A stretch of DNA of 64,000 nucleotides from Pocillopora damicornis (Eukaryota). Each line of letters begins with the position of its first letter. The first letter of the stretch is position 1. The notes beneath the pieces are model-generated. The model searched no databases and was not told where the DNA came from. It was given only the letters and a program-made list of their open reading frames with translations. A program made the translations under genes and the position numbers. The stretch covers positions 186,001-250,000 of the forward strand of contig NW_020844410.1 of the NCBI RefSeq assembly GCF_003704095.1, given 5' to 3'. Positions 38,461-50,166 of the stretch are shown here, one piece after another.

Positions 38461-39320
38461 ATGGTGGTCTGCGAGGTTTCTTCTGTTGTGATTACCACTA
38501 TGCTCTTAATCCTAGTCATTATGGACATCACAGGCAATACACTTGTTTGTTTGATTATCAAGGGAAATCGTCAAATGAGGTATGGCTCAGGGATTGATAG
38601 AGTAATAACCTAGATACATTTTCACTATACTGGTGAAGTTCGATCGTGACAAAGTTGTTTGTAGATTCCTTTCATTGCGATCAGACTTCTTTCACATTGA
38701 TTCATCGTTGTTATTATTTTGTTTACCATAACTCTAAAGGACTCCTATAAATTATCTGCTTATGAACCTGGCTATCTCCGATGTTCTCTTCGCGATTTTT
38801 ATCGCACTAAAGCTTATCGTCAGCTTAAGTTTAAGTCACCCAGATGGAGTAACGGGTTCTGTCCTCTGCAAGCTCGCGACTGGTGGAAATCTGGCATGGA
38901 TTTTTGGAGTTTCTTCAGCCGTTATTTTGGTTGTGATTGCTGTCGAAAGATATTATTCTGTGGTGTATCCACAGGTTCCAAATAGAAAACTTACTAAGCG
39001 TAAAGTAAAGGTGAGTTATGGCATAAATTGGTCGGGGGATGGTGATAGCTCCACAGCCTTACTGACCATTCCCAGTAGGTAATTCAGTGTTAACAACTGG
39101 GTTGAAAACGTAAATTAGCCACCGTCAGAGCGATAGGGCTAACGCTCGAAACGTCAGCTTTTTTACCCTTTACGGTGGCTAATTTAACAACTGGGTTGAA
39201 AACGTAAATTAGCCATCGTCGGAGCGATAGGGCTAACGCTCGAAACGTCAGCTTTTTTACCCTTTACGGTGGCTAATTTACGTTTTCAACCCAGTTGTTA
39301 ACACTAAATTACCTGCTATA

Positions 39321-39365
<45 letters not shown>

Positions 39366-40904
39366 TTTATTCATTCCCAGTAGGGTTTATTACAACATAT
39401 TTGTTCTCATGCTTTTCATTGTTATACTATCGTTCCACGTTCCTTGAAAGCTTTGTAACGCCACTCGATAACAAAAGAAACGACTGTGCTTTCACAGGCT
39501 TTGAAAGCTGATCACGTTTATTTAAGGAATGGTCTTGAGGAGATAAATTAGAATACGTCTAAAATCGTGATAAAAAGTATTATTTTTGCATTTTGGCGTC
39601 GATAGGGCATAGTGACAGAAAGATAGAATTTGGCTACGAGATTGCCTGCAGAGAAAGTGACGCATTCAACGAGAAACGACGAAATATTTTTACCTCCTCT
39701 CGCTTTACATCGCACCAGTTTCTAAACACATTGACTCACACATCTTCCTGTTATTTGATATATTTCAGATTACCGTTTTTGGTATTTGGATGTTCTCGGT
39801 GATTTTTAACTTACCTCTCCTTCTTGTCGGTACCTATGAGAAGTAACATACCAAAACCACAAACACCACTGTGTATAAAGCTGGCCCCATAAGTGGATGT
39901 CCTCAACATATGGTTTTGCATGATTGTTGCTGTCCGTTGCGGCTGTTGGTTTGATGATTTCTCTTTACACTCAAGTTGTGTTCCACATGTGGTTCAAACC
40001 AAGTGATGGCTTTCCTTTAAGCTGTAAACAACAAGTGCGTGCTTAAGTCAACACTTCTCTCACTTAATTATCCATGGCATGAAACAGTTTTTTGTCGAGT
40101 GCCGAAAGTAGTGCAGGATCAAAGCTACTTCAGAATAATATTTGTAGGTTTCTTCTCATTTAATATCAAGAATTCATCACCCAAGTTCCTCTCAGAGTAT
40201 ACTAGTATGAATAACTTTTCGAATCGAGGTTCTTAAAAATCAATTGCCCATTAGTTATTGCCCTGGCCTAGACAAGAGTTCAGAACTGTTTTCCTTCCTC
40301 TATGCCATTACCTTTCATGGAATTGAAGATTATAAAATTTGTTTTAGCATGACAAGGAGGGATTTCGCGTCATAAAGTCATGTAAATTTAGGGGATTACG
40401 GCAGTTGATGATCACGTCCAATCTGCAGACTAAAGGAACTTAAATGGAAATCGTCGGGCAAAAGCGGAGTTTATTTAGATTAGGAACACTCCCATCGATC
40501 ACATGTTCATTTGCTTTGACTTTTACTGAGAAAGAAGCCTTGGTGAGAAATCAAGGACTTGATTCTGCATTTACCAGAATTTCCTTTTTTTTTTTTATTA
40601 ATTACAGGGTGTGTTGAGGGTTCGGAAACGGGTCACCTTAATGGTAATAACAGTCAGTGTCATTTTTGTAATTTGCTGGGGAGCAGAGTCAATTGAATAC
40701 ATCCCAAGGAATATGACCTCCCTCAACATCTGCTTTGTGCACATTGTCATTGTTGACATGATGGTGTTGTTCAATGCGGCCGTCAACCCTTTCGTTTATA
40801 CCCTAATGAGCCATCAGTTCAGACAAAAAATCAGGGGAGTGATCTGCTGCCAGAGTGCTTCTGTAGCACCCAAGCCAAAGCTGCTATGGAAAATAAGGGT
40901 ATAG
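38461..40904 (+). pseudogene. GPCR-9: pseudogenised tandem paralogue of GPCR-8
   Basis: Exons 38461-38579, 38740-39010, 39769-40034, 40608-40904. Exon 3 is 266 bp (frameshift) with stops TAA 39844, TAA 39876 and TGA 39921. Confidence 0.88.
39080..39371. mobile_element. Palindromic hammerhead/Penelope-pLTR-like element with internal tandem duplication and 13-bp TSD
   Basis: Flanked by CATTCCCAGTAGG (39067-39079 and 39372-39384). A unit of about 94 bp is repeated (39090-39277). Family tail CCCACCGACGCAGCACCACAGTTTCTTTAGAAACTTACCCCTTT. Confidence 0.88.
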
Positions 40905-41029
40905 AGACCAGGTTATAGTCGTTAACATACCTGATTTCATCTGTTATCAAAATAGAGCATAATTTCACTTTCTATTTAGGAATAGAGAGGTTATGTGGCT
41001 AAATGCCCGGTAGCCACGCACGGTTTTAA

Positions 41030-41600
41030 ATAAACTGTAGTTCCTTCAAACTTGTAAATAATATTAGACGTTAGTTTTAGAAATGTCAAGCGATTCCAAA
41101 AACTAATTTTTCTTTGAGTGGACAAATTCTCCGAGCTTGTGCATCCTATAATATCGCTCGGTTGTCGCCACTTAGAAATTCCTAGCATGTGGTTACACTG
41201 CCGGTTACGGTCTTAATGGACTATATGACCAGCAGTAAGAAATTTTTACAAAAATGCCACCGAAAACTCCATGCAAATGAAACTTATTGAGTATATTGGA
41301 TGTTTGTTTAGAAATGCCAAGTGATTAATTCCAAGAATTGTGTTGGTTTTTCCAGCGGTCAGCGTACCATACTAAGACACATATGCCATAAAGTCTGGGA
41401 GGTCACTTTGGTTGCGTATAGAATGTTGCCTTTGACTCCTTTCTTGAGTGATATAAAGGGCTACCTACGTCAGAACAGCTTCAAGTTCGGTAAATATGGA
41501 GAGAAGACAATGCAGAAAACCTAAATAAACCTGTTTAGAAAATTCGGTGTTTGTTTAGATATCCCAAGTGATTCTAAATACTTCTTTGTTCTTTGGTGGT
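41030..41600. repeat. Relic of the same repeat family as 36490-36920
   Basis: Shared motif TAGAAATGYCAAGYGATT at about 41079, 41309 and 41557, and TTCT.CGAGCTTGTG. Confidence 0.55.
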
Positions 41601-43173
41601 CAAATTTTCCTTTCCAAGCCTATAAAACCGAAAAATCGCTTGTTTGTCGACACTTGAACAGACCACCGAGCACGGTGTGTCATATTCGAAGTAAAACGCT
41701 TCGAAACCCTTCAATGAAATTTTGAGAAATATCAATTTCTAACTGTCGGGCATTCAGTCTATTTAAGACCTTACTCGATTGCCGGGCATTTAGCTTCAGT
41801 GATATCATTTTGTAAAATGAACGAACGGAGACTTACATTTGGTGGTGTTCATTTATTCAGGAATACTCTCAATGCCTAGGTGACTCGTGAAATGTACGTC
41901 TATCTAGATGCCAGCTTGAAAATTAGGTGGATTCGATCGATAAGTTTGACTCATTTGCCCCAATATTGTACTTTTTAAAATGGGTCAGCAACAGTGGCAT
42001 TGCAAAAATATTACCCCAAAACTGCTTCATCTGCACGAGCACATTCTTTCCAGCACGAGCGACACTAAGACGTAATCAAAACAATAAAATGGCGAAAACA
42101 AACATTTTCAAAGTGTGTAATTTTACGAAACTAGATTAAGGAGGGTTCAAATTATACATTTATCTTAGATATAACTACAATTTACTCAACTTTATTTAAA
42201 TTGTACAAATATTTCATTCTTATTTATTTGCTTTACTTCTAGTGTTGTCCTTATATACGCTTTACTCATTATCATATCTAAATAAAGGTTTTTAGTTACC
42301 TAATAATTGACTGTGATGCGATAATTGGGATTTGAAAATTTCAATTGGAAAAAATCTATCACCCAGCAGCACAGACGCTCCAAGTTTATACTCAGTTTGA
42401 CGCTCTAGTAGTTACAATAACGCCACATACATGAACCACGACCATGATGGAATTTTTGTTTAAAATCCGTTACAAAATATCTGTCCATTTGGAATTGAGA
42501 CCTAATTATGAAAGGAAGGTTTCGAAATCACCATTTGGAAATCAATTTCTATGATATAAACTTCTTCCCCATATAAGGTATAGTGCAAGAAAGGATCGGC
42601 CATGCAGATAATGACCTGAAAAGCAATTCTTTGGAAAAGCTGTTCCCGGTTTCGTATTCATTAGTTTTATCCTGAGTTACAAAAAATAAGGTGACATTCT
42701 TTTTGTAATTATTCGGTTGTAGTCAGGGCCAGAACAGTGCCATTCTATAATAATATATCCAATTTTTCGCCAAGGCACACAATTAAGTTCTTTAATCATT
42801 CCCTTGCCGTGACGACAAAATAATGTTGAAAATAATCAGCCCTCCAGAATCCAAAAAGTCAAAACTCTTTCCCTCGGTGGTGACTATTTGATAGGAGATA
42901 TTCCTCCGACAGGAGACCTAAGAAAACTTTAGAACGAAACACTCTGGTATATAACATGATTTAGAACATGATATTCACAGTCTTCTTTACTCAATTACAT
43001 CTACAGTACATTTCCTTGTGTTTCTTGGAAATCAAACTAGGAATTCGAGGGAACATGAGGGAAACTAGCCAACCGGAATCAAGCACTGCTAGCGTTTTAG
43101 CCTAGAATGCTCTCCTTAAAATAGGACAGCAGAGCTCTGAGTGTTTTACTTTTTAGCATAACGTCTTTTTCCT

Positions 43174-43684
43174 TCAAGGAAAATTTGAATGCGATAAATA
43201 CTGGGTGGCGATGTTGTTGGTTGGTTGTTTGTTAAGTTGAATCATTTTGAGGTTTTCAGCGGCATGAATTCGTGCCATTGTGGGATTGTCACAGATGAAC
43301 ATCCGTTTTATCTTCTCCTTGAACTGATGATTCATGAGAGCGAATATAAACGGGTTAAGTGCCGAATTAAACACAACCATTGTGTCAGCTATAGCCACGT
43401 GAAGAGAACTGATGTCAAGAGATGTATATGCTCTCAAGAAAAATTCTACTGATTCTGTTCCCCAGCAAATTCCAAAGAGAAAACTAACCGTAACTACCAT
43501 AAAGGTAGCACGTTTGCGGCTCTTCATGACGCCCTGCGTTAAAAAAAAGTGAATAATGGAATCAAATAAGGGCCGATGCAATATTTGTGGCGACACATTC
43601 GTAGCAGGAGGTGATCTAACACATAGGACCTCGGACTATCACATAGCCGCTGTGCGGGAATATGAGTCCGTGCTGCTCTCTCTC

Positions 43685-43728
<44 letters not shown>

Positions 43729-45079
43729 CTTACTAGGAGAAATCGTTCGACGGCTAAGTGCTTTGGTTGGGGATCATTGTAAGGAGAACTTTGAATTAAG
43801 TGGCTCATAAGAAGTAACAAGCCGGGTGATACTCAGGGGCAGGAAACGTTAAGATTCTCGCCATGGGGAGGCTTTGGGCTTTGGGCTTTGGGCTTTGGAC
43901 CCAAAGAAACACGCATATACAAAATTATTTTTTTTAGTGAGCGCTTACCTTCTGTATGTTGGTTGGTGAATTGTCCTGTTTGCACCACAAAGCGTTCACA
44001 ACTCTGATGTATAAGGCAACCATTAACGCCAAAGTAATTATTACTAAGACTAACCAAACCGAACTATAAGCCTTAGCCATCCAATCCTCAGGCCACAGTT
44101 GTTCACAAGAATTGCCCTTCCTATTTCTTACCAGAAATAAAGGGGTGGTAAGAATTAAAGAGAATGTCCAAGAACACGGGATAATTAGCTGTGTAAAAAG
44201 TAAGATATTGAAGTCAGTATATCACAAAGCTACATTAGCTATCGTTGAAGATATTGGTTCAGTCCAATTGAGATGTTTAGAAACTATCTTTTTAATAACA
44301 TATTAGAAATCCCCCTGCACCTACATGTGATTAAATCGAAAGATTATTATCGTTGATCTGTTATCTGTCCTTACAGACTCACCTTCAGTCTACGCTTGGT
44401 AAGTTTTCTTTGACTTTCAAAGGGATGTACGACTGCGTAATAACGTTCTATGGCGATTATGACGAGGGTGACAATAGATGACGCACCTCCTATCCATGCC
44501 ACATTTCCACCAGTCACTAATTTGCATAACACAGAACCAGTAGTGCCATCTGGATGATCTAAAGCGAGGCTGAATATTACTGTTGGCGCCAGAAAAGTCG
44601 CAAACATGATATCTGCCACAGCCAGATTCACAAGCAGGTAATTTATGGGAGTCCTTCAGCATCAACAAAACATTGAATAAGTACTTTATAATTTATTGCT
44701 GACATCTGCTCAGGTCTTAAAAAATAATAAAGGGTATCAATTATGTCGTTTTATGCATAGTCGAGCACGTATGCAAAACTCAAAGATTTCCCAGCGGAAG
44801 TTGAGTTCTCTTCGCCCGTCTTAAATCCCGGCCTTCTAAATAATCTTGGACTCTAAAACTACCAACGGCGATTAATTGCAATGACTTATCTTCCATTTGT
44901 AGAACGAAAAAGATCTTCATACGTAACAACTTATCTTAAAACTGAAAATGCGGTTTCTACTTGTGTTGGTACCTCATATCTCTGTGCTTTTTCACAATCA
45001 AACAGACAAGTGAATTCCCCACAATGTCTGCAGTGACGAGTATGACGATTATAATTGTCAGGGCAATTGATTCAGGCAT
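43174..45079 (-). CDS. GPCR-10: class A GPCR, about 325 aa, intact
   Basis: Exons 45079-44973, 44653-44383, 44188-43949 (missed by the ORF track; open, 240 bp), 43533-43174. Motifs NLAVAD, ERY, CWGTES, NSALNPFIF. Confidence 0.92.
43686..43727. repeat. Poly-C/poly-G tract (about 42 nt) in GPCR-10 intron 3
   Basis: Directly visible. Confidence 0.9.
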
Positions 45080-45476
45080 TTTCTCGAGATGAGCTGTGAG
45101 ACAATTCAACCTGGTAGGAAAAAGCCACAGAAACACTTTTGATCTACAAGTGAATATATCGTCAGGGTATAGAAGGTCAGCACATTGGGATAAGCGTACC
45201 GCGATTCTGATACGTAGTTTAAAAAAACATAGATTAGAAGTAATTGATAGATTGCCAATGTATAAATCATTCTTTATTCATGCTTTTCTGACTTGATAAT
45301 TTCTCAGAAAATTATCATTAATTAGATTAATCATGATTTTCTGAAAAATTATCAAATCAGTTTCCAAATGAAAATCAAATCCCTTGAAAATTCGTATCCA
45401 AAGACATGAATACCAAAATGTTTAGCGTGATTCTATAATAATGGCTTAACTAAGAGTCTCTCGATGTCACTTTACT

Positions 45477-46146
45477 GGGGCATTGGTTCCACAAGAAACC
45501 ACAAAACCGCACAAAAAGACAGCCAAAACCGGAAAACCCGCAGCAGATCAAAACCTGAAACCGCATACAAAACCACCATTTTCTCAAGAGGTTTGAATTA
45601 GGAAAACTTGCACAGATTTTTTAGAAAGCTCCCCTTTAACTCTGAAAATTTCCATCGAGAAACCAGATAGATAGATAGATAGATAGTTTTATTAAAATTA
45701 CCCTTGCAGCTCGAGGGCTGAATTACGACAATTTTTACAAATGTAATCATGACTTAACATTTATTGATTTATTGAGATTTCATCGGAAGATTTGACTGTA
45801 AAATGTCTACCGTCCTAACATGCAAAGGCAACGATGAAACTAAACGGCGGAGTTTACAATATTAAAACAAAGTACAATCAAGATGGGCTCTGGTACAATG
45901 AATTAAAAACCCATGCAGAAAATGAACATTCACGATTGGGAAATGGGAAAACCACAAACTAAATAGGACATCACATCTGAAAAACCGCTAGTATCTCTTC
46001 CGAAAACTGGAAACCAAATGCCCCACAAAGGAAAAACCGATAGAGACGCCAAAACCAAAAAACCTAATTTTTTCAGCACAAAAACAAAAAATTCGATAAA
46101 AGAAATAGCCAAAATCACAAAACCGAAAATCCCAACGTCCCCCCTC
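45477..46146. mobile_element. Non-autonomous DNA element with AAAACCG subterminal repeats and a nested LINE tail
   Basis: Left end GGGGCATTGG, right end CCCAACGTCCCCCTC. Many AAAACC(G/A) repeats at both ends. (AGAT)n + TTTATT + hairpin at 45665-45740 looks like a reversed LINE 3' tail. Confidence 0.6.
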
Positions 46147-46818
46147 TTTAAATGGTATTGATTCATGACCCTTGAACTCTGACGTTGGAGCCATATGGAA
46201 ACAGCTTAAGTTTGATGAGGCCATTAATTAAAGAGAGCATCACTTGAATTTTCAAAAAGACGCGCACTGGATTTGAGTTAAGATAGCAACCAGCCGGATT
46301 CTCTGTGACCTTTGTGTTCAGACAGATACAAGACAGAGAAAGGGAGAGAAAAAAATAAAAACAACAACTATAAGAGCTGAAACATTGGTGTTTAGCGGAA
46401 GATGAAAAATTTGAAAAGTGAAATTTTCAAGAAAGTGCACTTTGACAAGTTCCGTGTTATATTTAAATTTATTAGTCTGGCGTGAGGAAATCCATTAACA
46501 CTTAAGAACGCTTTCATTTCCCCTGGGTCATGATCAGTACCCTCTAAATATTCAAGACATATAAACTCGTGATTAAAATAGTAAATAGCCTTACCTCAGC
46601 TTAATGAACTGGATGAATGCTCTTTTACTGCATCATAAGAAACTGTCCGCTTGAGTCTATAAATGTACTCTATAGCCCTTAAATGTCGCTCTTAATAAGC
46701 TCCTGTTAAAATACCCGCATACCACATAGATTCTCTATGTCACATTCAGAAAGGTAAATCCAACAGATCGGTGGTAATAAGGTCCTAAATTCGATAGGAG
46801 GCAAACTTTGTTAAACTT

Positions 46819-46832
46819 GAATAAAGGGGCTA

Positions 46833-46866
<34 letters not shown>

Positions 46867-47011
46867 AAGAGTATAGCAGGTAATTTAGTGTTAACATCTG
46901 AGTTGAAAACGTAAATTGGACACCATAAAGAGTAAAAGAAAAAAAGACGTTTCGAACGTTAGCCCTTCGTCTATCGCTCTGACGAAGGGCTAACGCTCGA
47001 AACGTCAGCTT
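46819..47011. mobile_element. Palindromic hammerhead/Penelope-pLTR-like element with 12-bp TSD
   Basis: Full family unit on the minus strand plus a short inverted arm. Flanked by TTTGTTAAACTT (46807-46818) and TTTGTTGAACTT (47012-47023). Confidence 0.88.
46976..47009 (+). ncRNA. Minimal type I hammerhead ribozyme motif, intact core
   Basis: GCU-CUGACGA-A-GGGC(UAAC)GCUC-GAAA-C-GUC^AGC. Helix I GCU/AGC, 4-bp helix II with one G.U pair, palindromic ACGU helix III. Confidence 0.75.
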
Positions 47012-49587
47012 TTTGTTGAACTTACATGTATTGTAAGAGTGCTTGGCATGCACGCATTTATCCCTCTGTATGAAAGAGTAATTACGACACAGAATTTGGC
47101 CTAAATAGTGGGATAAAAGCGCTCTTAACCCCAAAATATGGATGTAAACCACAGTCAAGTAATGGGGAATTCGTCGTGTTATCGTTCGTCATGCTGTACG
47201 TGTAAACCCACCTTAGAAAACCATTGTCCAAAAATCATTTTTTGCCCGAGGACAAGAATTTCAGCCGTCGTTGATGCTAAGATTCTGACTTAGATGGGCA
47301 GCCCAGTCTTGCTATGACTCAGAACATGTTCACGAACTTCGAGAAACTACCAGTTTGTGGGAGTTATTGTAAAAGTCACGTTTTCTATATCAGATATCGG
47401 GTGTTTGGCAGTAGACGTCAAATAAATAAAGGTTTATTCAGATGTTAACATCAAGATAACTGTCAAGGTAATGTTTCACTATGTCAATATTTCGAAATAT
47501 TACGGAAATGCGATGACCTTGGGGTGTTGGTAAGTGATCAAGACAATTTTGGCATCGGTAACTCATCCTTTATTCCTCTATGTGACAAGTAACCATTCTT
47601 TACCTTTTTAAGAGAATGCACAGTTCAAAATTAATTTCAACTTTAATTTGGTAAGCCGATTAGACGAAGCACTTCAAATGTTCTCGTTCAAATAGTATTC
47701 TTATTAGTGCTTTGGTGAAGAAGGTTTCAAAATTTGATGCAAGCTACATTCATGTTGTTGAAGTGGCTCGGTTGCAACCACAGGCTTGGTTGCATTTTCT
47801 GATAATATAAGGGCTATTAATGTTTATCCCATTCGTTTCAGTGGTGCTGTAGCAGTACTTGCGCAGCAAATCACTCCCCTAATCTTTTCTCTGAATTGAT
47901 GGTCCAGTAAGGTAAACACTGACTTTTTTACACTGTACTTTTTTGAAACACTTTAACTTACCAGAGCACATTACGCTCGCTGACGTTTAGCCCACGGGCG
48001 TGCTATTATTAGCAGTGCGGCACGAGCGGCGAGGCTCACGAGATTCGAGCGTGCGAGAGGTGTTGTTGAGGTCTAGAACATGAAAGAGAGCATGCATGCG
48101 AGGATGCCATTATTTTCCGAAAACAGTGCATAAAAACATTATTCTACCAATAATTAGCATAAATAAGGACCTAAATTTTAACTACATCATTGTGGTAGTG
48201 ATGGGAAAAGTCTCGTTCTTTACGTAGAGGAAGTCAAATGATTGATGAAGTTCTTAAATTAAGATAACTGTTAAAGATGCGTCAGGATTAAAATTGCATG
48301 AAATAACAGATATACGATCGCTAGTAGTCCAGTTTCTTTCCTCATGCTGTTATTAGATGTTCAAATCAAGTTTGACGTCGTCCACTCGTGCTTTTTTTTA
48401 TCTTTATTCGTCAATGTAAAAGTTATTTATTCTATCAAGTGTTTCAACGTGTCTTTTATTTTCAAATATTTAATGGTTATCCGGTCATAGCCACCCATTG
48501 TTTGTATATTGTATGCAAACAATGATATGAATGAGCTGCTATGAAAAGATATCTATATAATGTATATCTCTCATTTAATAGAGTGGACTCGTTATATGCC
48601 CATGAGTTTGTCAATAAATGATAAAGAGGAGGACAATTAGGAACAGTGGAGAACGCTTGGCTTTTGCCTGGTGCTCAACCATTGGTATGAAAATGTGTTT
48701 AATTTGCTTGTGAATGGAAACTTAAAATCATATGAAAGGATAAGCATCAGGGCTCACTTTGAAAATGAAACTAACGGTAATTTGGAAATGGCCAAATGGT
48801 CAGAGTTCCCTGTCTTCCATTCCTTTCTCCGTTTTTCTCTTTTTCTTTTTTTCTCTCTTTTTTTCCTGCGTTTTGTTTTTTAGACTTGTTTTCATCTGCC
48901 TTTTTGGGAATTTTTTTTTAATTATAAAACGATATTTGTACTAAGCTCAACTTACAGTAAATATGACTGTTAACAACTTACCTTATTTCACGTTGTTGAC
49001 AAACTTCAGCTTATACTTGTTAAAATATTTTGGCTAAACAACATTAACATCGACCATTCGCATGAAAAAAATTCAGCTTGATGTAAGGCCTGCGAATGCG
49101 ATGATTATGCTATTTCAAAAGCTGCTGCAAGCCGGAATTACGTCCGTTACCGCGAATAATGAATTCTGCGTATTTTCGGCTATTGATCTTTTCTTCGGGT
49201 GATATGTATATTTTTTCTAGCCTGACATTTTGATTGATCTCATAATCGATAGTGGAATTGCTGTACCACAGTATGTAAAGGTAAAAATATACTTTACTGG
49301 TAATATTGAAGCTCTAACACTACTCAAGTTTTGTTCAGTTTTGTTCAGCTTTCTTTCTGGAAAAAGATAGCTGGTTGGGCACACATGATTTTCAATTTGA
49401 CTCCTTCGCATTCCATGATCCATACCGACTGTAAACAAAGATTCCGCGCTCAAATATAGCTTTGGCTCAGTTTTCTAGTGCATGTAGTCTTCTTCCTCTA
49501 AAGAGAATGATTGACCAACTTAAAAACAAGGGAGAACTAAATTACTTTAATAGCTTCTGAGCCATGTGTCATCAGCTGCTTAAGAAA

Positions 49588-49908
49588 CTAAAGCCTAGTT
49601 TCATCAGCAACACTTTCCTCCGTACCGGTTTCAGCTCGAGGCCTGGGTGCTATCACAGAACTTTTGCAGCACAGCACTCCGCTGATCTTCTGTCTGAATT
49701 GATGGTTCAGGAGGGCATATACAAATGGATTAACAGCTGAATTAAACAACACCAACATGTCAACGATAGCAATATGGACGAACGTGATGTTCAGAGTCGT
49801 GAGAAATCTTAGGACGTATTCAATTGACTCTGCTCCCCAACAAATCGCAAATATGACACTGACAGTTAGGACCATCAAAGTGACGCGTTTCCGTACCTTA
49901 AGCACACT
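49588..49908 (-). CDS. GPCR-11: isolated intact exon 4 (upstream exons lost in or beyond gap 50067-50166)
   Basis: CAG|SVLKVRKRVTLMVLTVSVIFAICWGAESIEY...NSAVNPFVY...ETRL*. Confidence 0.8.
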   Translation of the reverse strand, partial: SVLKVRKRVTLMVLTVSVIFAICWGAESIEYVLRFLTTLNITFVHIAIVDMLVLFNSAVNPFVYALLNHQFRQKISGVLCCKSSVIAPRPRAETGTEESVADETRL

Positions 49909-50166
49909 CTGTGAATCAAATATATAGAAAGAGAAAATATTGTCAGCTCAGATGCTATGACCAATAATTTTCTGATCGATATCAAGGCTTACAATTATTT
50001 TATTTTTCTGTTCACTACAAGAGAGTGAGTGCTTAGTAAAGTTGACAACATGATTCTTCGAGACTTNNNNNNNNNNNNNNNNNNNNNNNNNNNNNNNNNN
50101 NNNNNNNNNNNNNNNNNNNNNNNNNNNNNNNNNNNNNNNNNNNNNNNNNNNNNNNNNNNNNNNNNN

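Noticed and set aside
39090-39277. CRISPR-like repeat array
   Set aside because: Eukaryotic context, only two units, no unique spacers and no cas genes.
43539-43820. Poly-Gly and poly-Pro ORFs
   Set aside because: Translation of the intronic poly-C tract.
3138-44668. Antisense or alternative-frame ORFs overlapping GPCR exons (e.g. 3158, 3971, 8049, 12711, 32762, 38719, 44417)
   Set aside because: Shadows of the conserved coding strand, with no independent coding signal.
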